The position numbers and the translations under genes are program-made. DNA of 64,000 bases. Source: Mobula hypostoma (Eukaryota). The stretch covers positions 128,094,001 to 128,158,000 of the forward strand of contig NC_086097.1 in the NCBI RefSeq assembly GCF_963921235.1, in the 5' to 3' direction. Numbering within the stretch: position 1 is the stretch's first letter; every line of letters begins with the position of its first letter. Shown here piece by piece: positions 12,958 to 26,274 of this stretch. Below the pieces are notes generated by a model. It was given only the letters and a program-made list of their open reading frames with translations, searched no databases and was not told the DNA's origin.

Positions 12958-13377
12958 GAACTTCCAAAGGTATTGTGAATCAGGTTACAAATCTCCCTAC
13001 TTTAGTACTTCTTCATCAAGGAATGGAGACTTCGGTGATATTCAATATGACTGCATCTTAAAATACCACTTCAAGTCAGGTCTCCTGCCTGACCAATGCT
13101 GAGTAACTAAGCAGTGGGTGCCCACCTGAAGTAGCTAATTTATTACCAGTAAAAAACAAAGAAGCTTGTGGAATCAGAATTGGGTTTATGAATGTGGGGG
13201 ATAGTAGAGGAAGAATGTGATGCATGACAGTGCAGGACCAATTCAACTTCTCTTTTGTGATATTAGGTACTGCCTATCTTATTTCTGTCCACTATATCCT
13301 CCTGCAACTTGCTTTGCTCGATGTGCCTCCAGGCAAATTTTAGAGAGAACTCCAGATGGTAGGAAAATAAAACAGGC

Positions 13378-14185
13378 AAGGCTGATCAAGGAGAATCAGT
13401 CACTTGGCATTCAGGATGAGGTAGTAAGTTAGATTAGACATTGGGCTTGCAAGAGAAGCCAGAGAGTGGTAATAGATGGCTGTGCCACTGACTGGAGCCG
13501 TGTGACTAGTGGTGGCTGCAGGGATTGGTGTTGGGTCCATTGATGTTAGTCATCTACATCAATGATCTAGATCCAACCAGTGAGTGGTGGAACACTGAGG
13601 AGTGCTGTAGAACAGAGGGATCTAGGAATACAGATTCATAATTCTTTGAAGGTGGAGTACAGATAGATAAGGTCATAAAGAACGCTTTTGGCACATTGGC
13701 TTTCATAATAAAGTCATTGAGTACAGGAATTAGGATGTAATGTTGAAGTTAGGATGTTATGTTGAAGTTCTGAGGCTTAACTTCGAGTATTGTGTGCAGT
13801 TCTGGTCGCTTACCTACCAATAGGAGTGATATTGATAAGAGAAAATTTGCAAGGATGTTGTTTGGACTTGAGGATCTGAGTTATAGGAAAGGTTGAGTAG
13901 ATTAGGACTTAATTCCCTAGAGCATAAGAAAATGGAGGGAGAAATGATAGAGGTACACAATATCTTGTGGGGTATAGGAGGGTAAATGCAAGCAGGCTTT
14001 TTTCACTGAGGTTGGGTGAGACTAGAACTAGAGGGCATGGGTTGAATGTTTGAGGGAAACATGAGGGGGATACTCTCCACTCAGAGGGCGGCCAGAGTGT
14101 GGAATGAACCGCCAGCGGAAGTGGTAGACAAGGGCTCAATTTTACAATTTAAGAGAAATTTGGATAAATATATGGATGGGAGCTG
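13378..14185 (+). mobile_element. Heavily decayed CR1 RT/3' fragment
   Basis: Remnants of YINDLD, EYCVQFWS and RVWNEPP motifs with several deletions. Confidence 0.8.
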
Positions 14186-14399
14186 TAGTGTCTGTGAGTC
14201 TAACACTTGAATTAATACTGAGCTTTTCACTACTTCAGGCTGCATAAAGTGCTTTAGAGCTAAATTATGGACATTTTAATTGTCATGGTTACAAATCAGA
14301 AGAGGCAGCAGTGAATATTTGCACAGCAAGCTCCCACAAATCAAAATATGCTGTTGGTTATGTTGTACCATTTCATGATGTTAGACATTGCCCTTGTCC

Positions 14400-14535
14400 T
14401 TCTCTTCAAGTTGTACTGGGTACCTTTGGTGAACTCAGATGTAATATCTCAGATGAACCTTACACCAGAGTACCTGGATATCCTTGGGTTCAAGTCTCTG
14501 GAGTATGCTTTGAAACTATGATCTACTGATTCAAT
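14400..14535 (-). mobile_element. Ancient tRNA-headed SINE remnant
   Basis: TCAAGTCTCTGGAGTATGCTTTGAAAC resembles a reverse B-box region; a similar piece lies at ~35560-35630. Confidence 0.35.
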
Positions 14536-15494
14536 TTGGAATAATATCATTGGAGTAGAACCTTAAAGGTCGTTGTACTGTATATGTACCCACCTTCAGG
14601 TTAGGAAGAGTTAATGGAATGAAAGGAGAACACTGGAGGTTGGGGTATGTGTGGGCTGATGGTTAGGTGGTAATTGATCTGTGACCTGAATTTTACATAT
14701 ATAAAGCTACATGTTAATCGCTACCTATCAATTACGGCAATGCTACATATTAGCCTCCTCCTCTGAAGTCCAGTTTCACTGACTTTACCACTGAACTACA
14801 ACTTATGTAGCTGTGGGTACATTTTTGACCCACAATGTTGCTTTCAGTTGAACTTTACTTGTGACAGTGAAAGCAGGCAATAAAGCACGTTTTGGTCATT
14901 TGCTAGGCAGATGTCAATCAATTCTAGACTTTTATTTCAGGGCCTAGAAATGTAATTACCATACTATAGATCTAAATGGAACTTCTTGTTAAGTTGCTTA
15001 GAGAAAGATTAGGTGTGTAGACAGGAAACAGAGAGATATCAATGAACATATATTGATTTGATAGCCCAAGAGACACACATTGAGGACATGCAATGATTCT
15101 CAAATCGCTTTAAATTCTATATATAATTTTGAAAATAAAAAAAAAGAATTGCTGTCAGTTTGGGCACTCAAGTCAAATCAGGTTTGGCATTTTGTGGTTA
15201 GTGCTAGACCGTTTGAAAAATGCGAAGTTCTGTATAATGACATATCCTATGTTTACCTTCATTTTCACAGTGATGCTCAACATTAACTGTATGCATGCAC
15301 CTTTTGAGACAAATCATTTTATTTAAAATCAGGATAATTCTGTACTTGGTTTTCCCTTCCTCATTATCACCACTTTTTGTCATTGGCACCATGATTACGA
15401 GAACACCATTACTGCCTGGACTCCAATGACTCAAGATCCACTCTTACTCCTATAGCTCATGAACAACTCAGCCCATGAGATAGTTTCTAAATAT

Positions 15495-15857
15495 GTGTGA
15501 CCATTATTAAGGTCCTCCAGCGCCCAGGGCATGCCCTGTTCTCACTGTTACCATCAGGTAGGAGGTACAGAAGCCTGAAGGCACACACTCAGTGATTCAG
15601 GTACAGCTTCTTTCCCTCTGCCATCTGATTTCTAAATGGACATTGAACCCTGAACACAACCTCACTTTTTTAATATGCAATTATTTCTGTTTTTTGCATG
15701 ATTTTAATCTATTCAATATACATATACAGTACTGTAAATTAATTAATTAATTTATTTATTTTTCTTCTTCTTCTATATTATGAATTGCATTGAACTGCTG
15801 CTGCTGTTAACAAATTTCACAACACATGCCAGTAATAATAAACCTTTCTGATTCTGA
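15495..15857 (+). mobile_element. Rex1/Babar 3' end
   Basis: HALFSLLPSGRRYRSLKAHT; the 3' UTR is the reverse complement of the copies at 5220, 20379 and 50715; (TTCTGA)n tail. Confidence 0.9.
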
Positions 15858-17364
15858 CTTGCGAATTACTCAAAATAAATCCATACCATCTCTTTATAAT
15901 ATTTGAACACAGCTGTTAAACTTCTTTAAAATAAAAGATGGAATTCATTAACATATTACACAGACATTTGGCTTTAATGCATTATCTATTTTATTACATT
16001 AGCAAGTAAACAGTGATGCAATAATAATTAGCTGTTGACAAATAATGATCTAGTTACAATTGGTTCATGAGTTCATACTGCACAGGAGAAAAATGCCAAA
16101 ATGTATTATGCAGACCATAATAATCAATCATATTTTGTTAGAAGGCTAGTACATTTGCAGACTTTTTTTGCTGTATATTGTAAGCTTAGGTTGAGTTTAT
16201 TCTCCATTGAAAGATGCAACACATCTTCTCAAGGACTGGGTGAAAATTTGTTTAATATTGCTGAGAGCTGCCACAGGTCATACCTGTGTCATTGTCACAG
16301 AATGGTGAAGCTTGTGAGATTGACAGCAGAGATAAGTGTAGAGAAGAATCCTTGTTTCCTTTTCTTTGCAAGATTGCTCCAGTAGAACATAATCCAAGAT
16401 GATTAAATAGCTGTGGTAGATTTGAAGACTTGGAAAATTGCTTGTGAGTGGACGTTTGAGACTCAGATACTTAGGTAATGGCTGATACTGTGATAGCTGC
16501 ATGTATTGTGAAGGATTTAATGTCTTGATGAAATTATCAGTATAAAGTAATTGTGGATGTAGTCACACTCTTTTATGAAAATATGACTACACAGTCTTTG
16601 CTTGCTTAACCCCTGCTGCACAGTGTAAATGAATCACATATGTGCTATGACAAGCAAAATGTTTTTCCCTTTGGGCCAATAAAATACTTAAATAATAATG
16701 TGCTGTGTGGGGTACAGGATTCTAACAGGACACAGCTGGATAATGTAATATCATGTAACCTAAATAGCACTCATTATGCCTTTACACAATGTGGTAGAAC
16801 ACAAAAACAGATCTGCGATGTTTCATATTATCCCTGCCACTTAACACCACGTGGAAATGATAGGAGGAAATACCTTGAGAAGCTGAGATAAAAGCAGAGT
16901 ATGTCATAGCTTCCATCAGTGTGGTTGACAGCATCTGCATTTGTCCAGCTACCCTATAGGAATTACTTTTCAGAAATTCAATTGCACAGTGCATGCTTTT
17001 GTAGAGGCCTCCCCTTCAACATGAAGGGGAAAAGCCATTGTGAAACATATTCAACATGTTCACAGGTTGTGAAATTGAATCCCAGTCTGGAGGTTGTGGT
17101 AGCTAGCATGTTTTGTGTGTTTTCTGCTGCCACAGTATGGATGAGATGTGATTATGAGTCAAAGAGTGTAAGCCTTGGTAAGACTGAAGAGTGGGTCTCA
17201 TTGCCTGTCTGAGCTTGTTAACAGGCTGTTAGGAAACAAAGAGTTAATTAGCAAGAGAACATGGCCTTCTATTCTTGAAAATGTGTCAAGTATGCTGGAG
17301 CTTTTACACTTTGCTGGTTATGCTCCTTGTAAACCATTGCTTAAGTAGGATAAGAAGCGTTCTA

Positions 17365-17550
17365 TTTTTAACCTCTTCACATGTACTGCTGAAAAGGTCC
17401 TGACTAGTTTTATTATGGTCTGGCACAACAATTCAAACATGCAGGAATGCCAGAAGCTACAGAGAATTTAAACGTAAACTACAGAGAATAGTGGATCTGC
17501 CCAAAGATTATGGGCACGGCATTCCCCACCATCGGAAATATTTACATGAG
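17365..17550 (+). mobile_element. Rex1/Babar ORF C-terminal fragment
   Basis: CTAEKVLTSFIMVWH...QKLQR...IPHH-like remnant. An opposite-strand Rex-like tail follows at ~17550-17790. Confidence 0.6.
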
Positions 17551-17944
17551 TCAAGTCAGGTCAAGTTTATTGTCATTTAACTATAGGCATGCATTCCACC
17601 AAACGAGACGACGTTTCTCCAGACCAGGATGTAAAGCACGGCATTACACATAACACACACACTGTATAGCACACAATAATTTAGGAAAGTAAGAATTAAA
17701 TCTACAGTATGTTTTGCATAGGTAAACAAAGTAAAGTGCATAAATTAAATATTGTAGGGTACAGTGCAGGTTATCTGGTTGCACTTAGAATGCAGTCAAC
17801 TCTTCCCATTAAATAGATCACTGATACGTATGCTGCCTGTAATCTGTCAAAGCAGTCACACCGAGAAATCATCATGCATAATCCAATAGTGTGTGGATAC
17901 CCCCATCATGTCTGAATAACACCAAAGCCAAATGACATGAATTT

Positions 17945-18038
17945 ATCTTCTCTCTTCACAGATGTTGCCAGGCCTGATGCGAGTTCCCAGCATTTTCTGA
18001 TTTTACTTCAGATTTCCAGCATCTGCGTTTCTTTTTCA
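17945..18038 (+). mobile_element. PLE 3' tail remnant
   Basis: CAGATGTTGCC...CCAGCATTTT...TTTCCAGCATCTGC matches the Neptune tail at 31993-32080. Confidence 0.6.
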
Positions 18039-18604
18039 GGACCGAGGGGAATACTTTGGGGGCTGCCATAGACTCATGGGGTTGAGTGGCCTCCTTTCAT
18101 GTCATCAAAAAAAATGAGTAGTGACGGTGACCACTCCACCACACAACTCTGTGCATTACAGATGTTCAGGCTGTGGAAAATAACCCTACAAAACTGACAA
18201 ATCAATACCCAATAATCTGAGATGTAGAATAGAATTGGCTCTCTGTGAAAATAAGTAAATAAATCAATACTTTCTTTTCAACTTGCGCATGTTTCTAGAT
18301 CGAGGTACAGATAACACAGCTTTGAGTTCTGGGAAACAACACCCCCTACATAACATGGGTGGGTGATGGAGGGAGGGGTTGTTCATATGTGTGCACAATT
18401 ATTAATGGAAATATATAGTTATCAGGGCATATAGTTACTGTATGTCTGGCATATCTACCAATCAAACTAATAAAATCCAAACCAAGTCCTGGAGTCATCC
18501 AAAAGGCCATAGATTAAAGTTGCTGTTGTTTCTGCAGTCCAAAGTCAAAGCTGAGTTTATTGTCATAGGCACAAATACATGCAGGTGCAATGAAAAATGA
18601 TCTC

Positions 18605-18960
18605 CCAGTATGATGGCGGCATGCTCTGATGCAGCCGTTACTCTGGGTCCAACCGAATTTGTTTGTCTTGTAGGTCTCTTTTACGATCGCAGGCCACTGC
18701 TGGATACTAAGAAAATCAAGTACTACAGGACTATCCCACCAGTGAGTTGCTCAATGGTGGTGGGGCTAGACTTATTGCGTAGTGTTGATGTGTTGTTGCC
18801 TGGGCATGTTGCGTACTGATGTGCCAAGATGGCGTGTGATCCAAAAATTGCTGCGAGTGATTGTCTTGGATGTTTTTACTGTGATTGCAAGACCCCGTTG
18901 GACATTGGTATCGTAAAATACTGAAAGGCTGGTTTACTGGGGCTGGTGGTAGAGACTGAT
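18605..18960 (+). mobile_element. Non-coding interspersed element with a GATGGCGG head
   Basis: CpG-richer block starting ATGATGGCGGC; no ORF homology recognised. Confidence 0.35.
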
Positions 18961-19534
18961 AAAATAAGCACATTTAAACGATTCTTGGAGACGTGGCTAT
19001 AAGAATATGAAGGGTTATGGGCCATGTGGAGTAGGTTTATATATGTTAGCACAACATCACTGGCTGAAGAGCCCTTACTATGCTGAACTGTTCCATTACA
19101 CAAACAAAAGCTTTTCACTAAATCTCGGTACAGAAACTGCATGAATGTCACGGCTATATGAAATTCAGCACTTTGTCATTATAGCCTGGGGAATTGATTT
19201 GTGTGAAGCACCATAACCCTATAAGACAGCAAACAACTCCATATGGTAGCAGCCATTTGAAGTGACTGCTACAAAAGGATTCAAGATCAGAGAATCACGT
19301 AAAATGCACCCCTCTTCAAAGTGCTCAAAGCACCATCCAGTGCTAATAAATCCACACAACATAACCTCAAACTCAATGAAAAAAAACTTCAGATGATGCA
19401 TCTGTCATCACTTTCACGTCATCACTCTGTGAGGACAGCCTATTTCTTTGTAAGGCTGCTTTGAGTGTGTTTGGTATCTCAGGCCCAGTACATGTTTGCA
19501 ACTGTAACAAAGGCACACCAGGGTCTTTAGTTGG

Positions 19535-19880
19535 AAGTATAAGGAGCTTTGACATGTTAATGAACACTCCAACTTCTACAGGTGTAACATTGAAAGTATC
19601 CTGGCTGGTTGCATTGTGATCTGGCATGGCAATTCAAATGCACAGGAACAAAAAATGCTACAGAGAGAATTGTCATCCTGACAAGAGAGAATGCTACAGA
19701 ATGCATTACTAACACATCCCTTCCAACTATCTGCAGTATATACATGGGATGTCACCTCAAGAAGGCGACATCCTTCATCAAAAATATCCGCCATCTAGTC
19801 CATGCCATCTTCTCACCACTGTGATCTGGCAGGAGGTAGAAAACCTGAAGTCCCAAAGTACCAAGGTCGAGAATAGTTGA
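19535..19880 (+). mobile_element. Rex1/Babar C-terminal fragment
   Basis: FYRCNIESILAGCIVIWHG; SLPTICSIY...KKATSFIKN...HAIFSPL. Confidence 0.8.
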
Positions 19881-22560
19881 TTGACCACCCTCTGCATACT
19901 ATGGGAAAACCAATTCTGAATCCTCTTTTACCACCACTCTCCTCCTCTTCTCCTTCCCTTCTGAGCCACAGAGCCAGACTCAGTGCCAGTGACCTGGTTG
20001 CTGTGGCTTTGCCCTGATAATTTGTTTCCCCTCCGCTCCAATAGTATTCAAGGCAGTGCACTTGTTATTGGAGGGAATGGCCACTAGGATTCCCTGCAAA
20101 TGACTGCCTTTTCCTTTTCTCTCTCCCAACAGTCACCCAGCTACCAGCCTTCCACAACTTAGGTGTGACTGCCTCGCTGTAACTCCGTCTATCGCTTCCT
20201 CATTCTCCAGTTCCAGCTCCAGTTCCCTAATGCTTCTCACACATGTAGTCATCAGGGAAACTGGAGGTCTCCCTGACTTCCCACATCATGAAAAAGGAAC
20301 ATTACCCTGCCTTGGTTTCCATTCCCACTACCCTACTTATGCAATAATAAAGAAAGAAAGAGAAGCTTACTGGAAACTCAGAATCAGAATCAGGTTTATT
20401 ATCACTGGCATGTGTCGTGAAATTGGTTAACTTAGCAGCAGCAGTTCAATGCAATACATAATCTAGAAGAAGAAAAAAAAATATATAAGTAAATCAATTA
20501 CAGTATACATATATTGAATAGATTAAAAATCATACAAAAAATAGAAATAATATATATTAAAAAACTGTCATGTCCCTTCTTTATAACTGCATCGATATGT
20601 TGGGACCAGGTTAGATCCTCAGAGATCTTGACACCCAGGAACTTGAAACGCCTCACTCTCTCCACTTCTGATCCCTCTATGAGGATTGGTATGTGTTCCT
20701 TCGTCTTTACCTTCCTGAAGTCCACAATCAGCTCTTTTGTCTTACTGACATTGCGTGCCAGGTTGTTACTGCGATACCACTCCACTAGTTGGCATATCTC
20801 ACTCTTCCACGCCCTCTCGTCACTATCTGAGATTCTACCAACAATGGTTGTATCATCAGCAAATTTATAGATGGTGTTTGAGCTATGCCTAGTCACACAG
20901 TCATGAGTACAGAGAGAGTAGAGCAGTGGGCTAAGCACACACCCCAGAGGTGCACCAGTGTTGATCATCAGTGAGGAGGAGATGTTATCACCTATCCGCA
21001 CAGACTGTGGTCTTCCGGTTAGGAAGTTGAGGATCCAATTGCAGATGGAGATACAGAGGCCCAAGTTCTATAACTTCTCAATCAGGATTGTGGGAATGAT
21101 GGTATTTAATGCTGAGCTATAGTCAATGAACAGCATCCTGACATAGGTGTTTGTGTTGCCCAGGTGGTTTAAAGCCGTGTGAAGAGCCATTGAGATTGCG
21201 TCTGCCATTGACCTATTGTGGCAATAGGCAAATTGCAATGGGTCCAGGTCCTTGCTGAGGCAGGAGTTCAAATTAATCATGACCAACCTCTCAAAGCATT
21301 TCATCACTGTCGATGTGAGTGCTACCGGGTGATAGTCATTAAGGCAGCCCTCATTATTCTTCTTAGGCACTGGTGTAATTGTTGCCTTTTTGAAGCAAGT
21401 GGGAACTTCCACCCGTAGCAGTGAGAGGTTGGAAAAGTCCTTGAATACTCCCACCAGTTGGTTGACACAGGTTTTCAGAGCCTTACCATTGGGACCTTCC
21501 ACCTTGCGAGAGTTCACCCTCTTTAAAGACGGTCGACATCAGCCTCTGAGACAGAGATCACAGGATTATCAGGTGCAGCAGGGATCTTCACAGCTGTAGT
21601 TATATTCTCCCTTTCAAAGCAGGCATAGGAGGCATTGAGTACTTCTGGTAGTGAAGCATCGCTGCCATTCGTGCTGTTGGGTTTTGCTTTGCAGGAAGTA
21701 ATGTCCTGCAGATCCTGCCAGAGTTGTTGTACATCCAATGTCGCCTCCAACCTCGTTCGAAATTGTTTCTTCACTCTTGACATAGCCCTCCGCAAATCAT
21801 ATCTGGTTTTCTGGTGCAGTCCTGGTTGCCAGACTTGAATGCCACAGATCTAGCCTTCAGCAGATGACATATCTGCTAGTTCATCCACGGCTTTTGGTTT
21901 GGGAATATACAATAAGTCTTTGTAGGCACACACTCATCCACACAGTTTTTAATGAAGTCAGTAACAACTGCAGCATACTCATCCAGGTTCAAAGATGAAT
22001 TCCTGAATACAGTCCAGTCCACTGATTCAAAGCAGTCCTGTAGGCACTCCTGTGCTTCCCTTGTCCATACCTTCTTGGTCCTCACTGTTGGTGCTGCAGT
22101 CTTCAGTCTCTGCCTATACACAGGGAATAGAAGTACAGCCAGGTGATCAGACTTCCTAAAGTGAGGGCATGGAATAGCACGGTAGGCATTCTTGATGTGC
22201 TGTAACTATGGTCCAGTGTATTGTTTCCTCCAGTGTTGCAAGTGATATGTTGATGGTAATTGCTTAGTAAATTTTTCAGACTGGCCTGGCTGAAATCCCC
22301 CAAAACAATGGTGAAGGCATTAGAGTGTGCTGTTTTGTGCATGTTGATTCCATTACTTAGATCATCTAAAGCAATGGGTCTTGGCCTCTGCCTCTTCTCA
22401 CCAAAGCTTGTTGAGCCAAAGCCTTAGTTTACCACTCTAATCCTGTCCAATCTCCCACAATGGCCTATCTGCTTAAACCTAACTCCTTTATATTGGCCCT
22501 TGCCAATTAGCTAATTACCCGATCAATCTGACACTGAGCAGTAGGTTCCAAATGGTACCG
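19880..22560 (-). mobile_element. CR1 5' UTR/ORF1 N-terminal remnant, split by the Rex1 at 20379-22372
   Basis: Minus strand gives MWEVRETSSFPDDYMC, RELELE and WVTV, typical of shark CR1 ORF1. 5'-UTR-like sequence resumes at ~22373. Confidence 0.65.
20379..22372 (-). mobile_element. Rex1/Babar LINE (APE end plus RT) with a ~0.4-kb deletion next to the 3' UTR
   Basis: [67 protein letters not shown]; (CAGAAT)n tail. Confidence 0.95.
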
Positions 22561-23444
22561 CTTTTTCAATCTCTCGCTTCTCGCAACAAGTAACGGTTCT
22601 TGCTACCTCTGTGCACTGACGCTTTTAGCCTGTCATACATCGTGAATAAAATGGCTTCACCACTGACGGCCACACCTTCAGCTGCCCATGGTCCTGAACT
22701 CTGGAATTTACAGCCCTAAACCTTTAAGTCCATTGTTCATCTGCTCTCATACCTACTTATGCAGTTCAGTGTGATTTTTTTCTTATTTGTTGGCAGCACT
22801 TCTGCAAACCATCCAGGGATATTTTGTGCTTAAAACTGCTCATAAATCTAAGTTGTTTTTGAGACATAACAATTGACTATAATTCACGCGTTTTGGGATT
22901 TTAATATCTGGCTTTTCAAACTACTTCAACTCTTACCTTGCCTTATGTTCTTCTGCAGTGTGACAGTAAAGAATAGCCAACCTCAACTCTATGAAAATTG
23001 CAGGCCAATTGAGACAGTTCATTGCCATTGAGAGCATCTAATATGAAGCCCTTAAGGAATTTTCAAAGTATCATGCCGAAGAAACTGCCTGTAGGAGGAA
23101 AAAACTAGCCCACTTCATCACAGGAGGCATACTGAAATGTTTGTTTTAATAAAATGTCATATTTCTACTCTTTTTATTCATTCATGTTGACTCTATCTTA
23201 ACCCTCTAAAGTCATGTAGCAACTATACCATACTTCATCCATGGGTAGCTTGGAGGCTGATGAGCTTTGAGAGAAGCTCTGAGCACCCCAGGCGTGGAGA
23301 TGGTCTCCCCCGTTGATGTAAGATCTCCCTAGTTCCTTTAAAAATATTTAGCACAATACTCAGTATCTGAATGTTCACATGGCGTTTGTAAGGTAATTTT
23401 AAAGCTGCTTTTTATTTTCTTGTAATATGACTGAAAGTTCACTT

Positions 23445-23580
23445 GGACATGGATGGATAGAAGATACTTAGAGGGATTTGGGCTAAACATGAGCAAATTT
23501 CAGTGGCTTAGATAAGCATTTGTGTTGACATGGACCACTTGAGCCAAAGGGCCTGGTTCTATGCCTGTGACTCCAGGATT
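23445..23580 (+). mobile_element. CR1 3' UTR fragment
   Basis: ATGGATGGATAG...GAGCCAAAGGGCCTG...TGTGACTC. Confidence 0.6.
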
Positions 23581-24177
23581 ATGATCATTTGGATTATTTT
23601 TCAAGGTATGGGAAGACTCTGTGTATTAGCCATCCACTTGTCAGTAGCTGTTTTCACTCTTTGCATATATAAGCTCTGATTCAATCGGTAAAACTGTACT
23701 GAAAGATGATAGTTTCAAAAATCCAGACGTGTAAGTCTCGATTGGCATTCTAGTGCAAAGCTGAGGTAGTGCTGCATGGCAGAGGGGCTTTCCTTTCAAT
23801 TAAACCCAAAATCAAAGCCCCGAGGATTGTCCCGGTTGGACGCAAAAAAACATCTCTCAGGGCTTGGAGGTGATAGATAGATTGAGGAGAGGTAAAGTAT
23901 AATGGGCAGATAAGCAAAAAACAAAGGTAGATTGAGCCAGGTGGGGTGGGAAGGGGAATGTAAAGGTGGAGACAGGGACACGAGGGGTACATCCAAGAAC
24001 ACAAAGTCTACAAGTGCGAGAATCCGATAAATGAGGTAGGTGAAAATGGGAAACATTAAGGGAAAGATGTTAGGCAGATGAAGTCTATTTGCAGATTTTA
24101 GGGTTCTATGATTAGTAGTAGCTGTGTTACTTGGACAAACCTGCTGACATTCACCTATATGTGCGCCAGAGGTCCAT

Positions 24178-25480
24178 GGGTGTCAGGGAGCAGGAGTGAG
24201 TGCCATTGCTATTACAAAGGGAAAAATGCTAGGCAAACTCAAAGGTCTTAAGATGGATAAGTCACCTGGGCCAGATGGATTATATCTCAGTCCTGAGAGA
24301 GGTTGCTGAAGAGATAACAGATCCATTGGTCATGATCTTTCAAGAATCACTTAATTCTGGTATTGTCCCAGAGGACTGGAAGATTGCAAATGTCACTCCA
24401 CTCTTTAAGAAGGGAGGAAGGCAAAAGAGAGGAAATTATAGGCCAGATGGCCTAATCTCAGTGGCTGGGTAAGTGTTGGAGTCTATTATTAAGGATGATA
24501 TTTCAGGGCACTTGGAGACTAATAATAAAATAAGTCAAAGTTAGCATGGTTTCTGTAAAGGGAAATGTTGCCTGACAAATCTGTTAGAGTTCTTTGAAGA
24601 AGTAGCAAGAGAGGTGGACAAGGGAGAGGCAGTGGATGTCATTTACTTGGATTTTCAGAAGGCATTTGGTAAGGTGTCGCTCATGAGGCTACTTAACAAG
24701 ATAAAATCCTATGGTGTTACAGGAAAGATACTGGAATGGATAGAGGAATGGCTGACAGGTAGGAGGCAGTGAGTGGGAATAAAAGAGGACTTTTCTGGTT
24801 GGCTGCCAGTGACTAGTGGTGTTCCTCAGGGGTCAGTATCGGAACTGTAACTTTTTACACTGTTTGTTCATGATTTGAAAAATGGAATTGATGCCTTTGT
24901 GGATGATATGAAGATAGTTGGAGGGGTGGGTAATTCTGAGGAAGCAATACAACTGCAATAAGATTCACACATATAGGAAGAATGGGCAAAAAAGTGGCAG
25001 TTGGAACACAGTGCTGGGGAATGTATGATATTGCATTTTGGTAAAAGGAACAATAGTGCAGACTATTATTTAAATGGGGAAAAGTTTCAAACTTCAGAGG
25101 TACAGAGGGACTTAAGAATTCTCATGCAAGGTTCCAAGAAGGCTATTTACAAGTTGAGTCTGTGGTAAAGGTGGCAAATGCAATGTTGGCATTTATTTCA
25201 AGGAGGATAGAAGATAAAAGCAAAGAGATAATGTCGAGGCTTTATAAGACACCAGTCACGCTGCACTTGGAGTATTGTCAACAGTTTTGGGCCCCATACC
25301 TCATAAACCATGTGTAGTCATTGGAGAGGGACCCGACGAAGTTCACGAGGATGATTCCAGGAATGAAGGGGTTAACATATGAGTACAGCTTTGAGCTTGT
25401 ACTCACTGGAATTTAGAAGATGCAGGGGGGATCTCATTCAAACCTAAGAAATGTTGAAAGTACTAGGTAGGGTGGATGTG
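24178..25480 (+). mobile_element. Decayed CR1 RT fragment
   Basis: LREVAEEITDPLVMIFQES...DWKIANVTPLFKKG, SGVPQGSV, HLEYCQQFWAP. Confidence 0.9.
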
Positions 25481-25679
25481 CATGGCAGATGTATTTATGA
25501 ATGCATTCTGTCACCTAGCCTTTTTTCAGAAGATCTCTGATCCTAGGACACCAGAGGCATTCACAGATGCAGTGTCAACTTCTAAAGAAATCTCAAACTC
25601 CAAGAATGAGAAGTCTATCCCCTGAGCTTGTAGAAAGCTTCAAGATCTGGGCATTTGTAATTACTTCGCAATTACATCC

Positions 25680-25800
25680 GCATGACTTCTTCATCGGCAG
25701 ATGTCAATTGGTGAAGACTGGTAACAATATCTCCTCCTCACTGGTATCAACACGTGCGCTGCAAGGCTGTGGGCTTTGTCCCTGCTTAACTTTCTGTACA
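25680..25800 (+). mobile_element. Rex1/Babar RT fragment
   Basis: DFFIGRCQLVKTGNNISSSL...QGC. Confidence 0.65.
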
Positions 25801-26236
25801 ATAATGTGAAATTGCATAATGTGAATAATTATTTGAATGGAGAAAATAGGGATGCGTTCCAGAGGGCTCCCTAAATATGTTTTATCTGTAATTTATTCAC
25901 ATTTTATACCAATATGACACAAAAGCAGTACTACAAGACAATATTTGTATTATATTTAATCGATTTAAGGTAATATTCAATGTGATAAATCATAGAAAGT
26001 TAACATCCTCTGGTGTACAGTACTCACCAACAATGGCAGGTGTGTTCGCTCTGGGAGATGAGTAGATGTTGTGGTGTCGGGCAGCTTTACACAGATAAGG
26101 TGAATGGTTGTGGTTGTCGGATAATATCAAGCACAGCAAGGGGTGAAGGAAAACTCACAGAACTCTTAGAACTAGCAACACACATAAAAGTTGCTGGCGA
26201 ACGCAGCAGGCCAGGCAGCATCTCTATGAAAAGGTA

Positions 26237-26274
26237 CAGTTGATGTTTCGGGCCGAGACCCTTCGTCAGTACTA
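26237..26274 (-). ncRNA. Hammerhead ribozyme motif (stem I decayed)
   Basis: UAGUA-CUGACGA-A-GGGUCUCGGCCC-GAAAC-AUC-AACUG. Confidence 0.65.
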
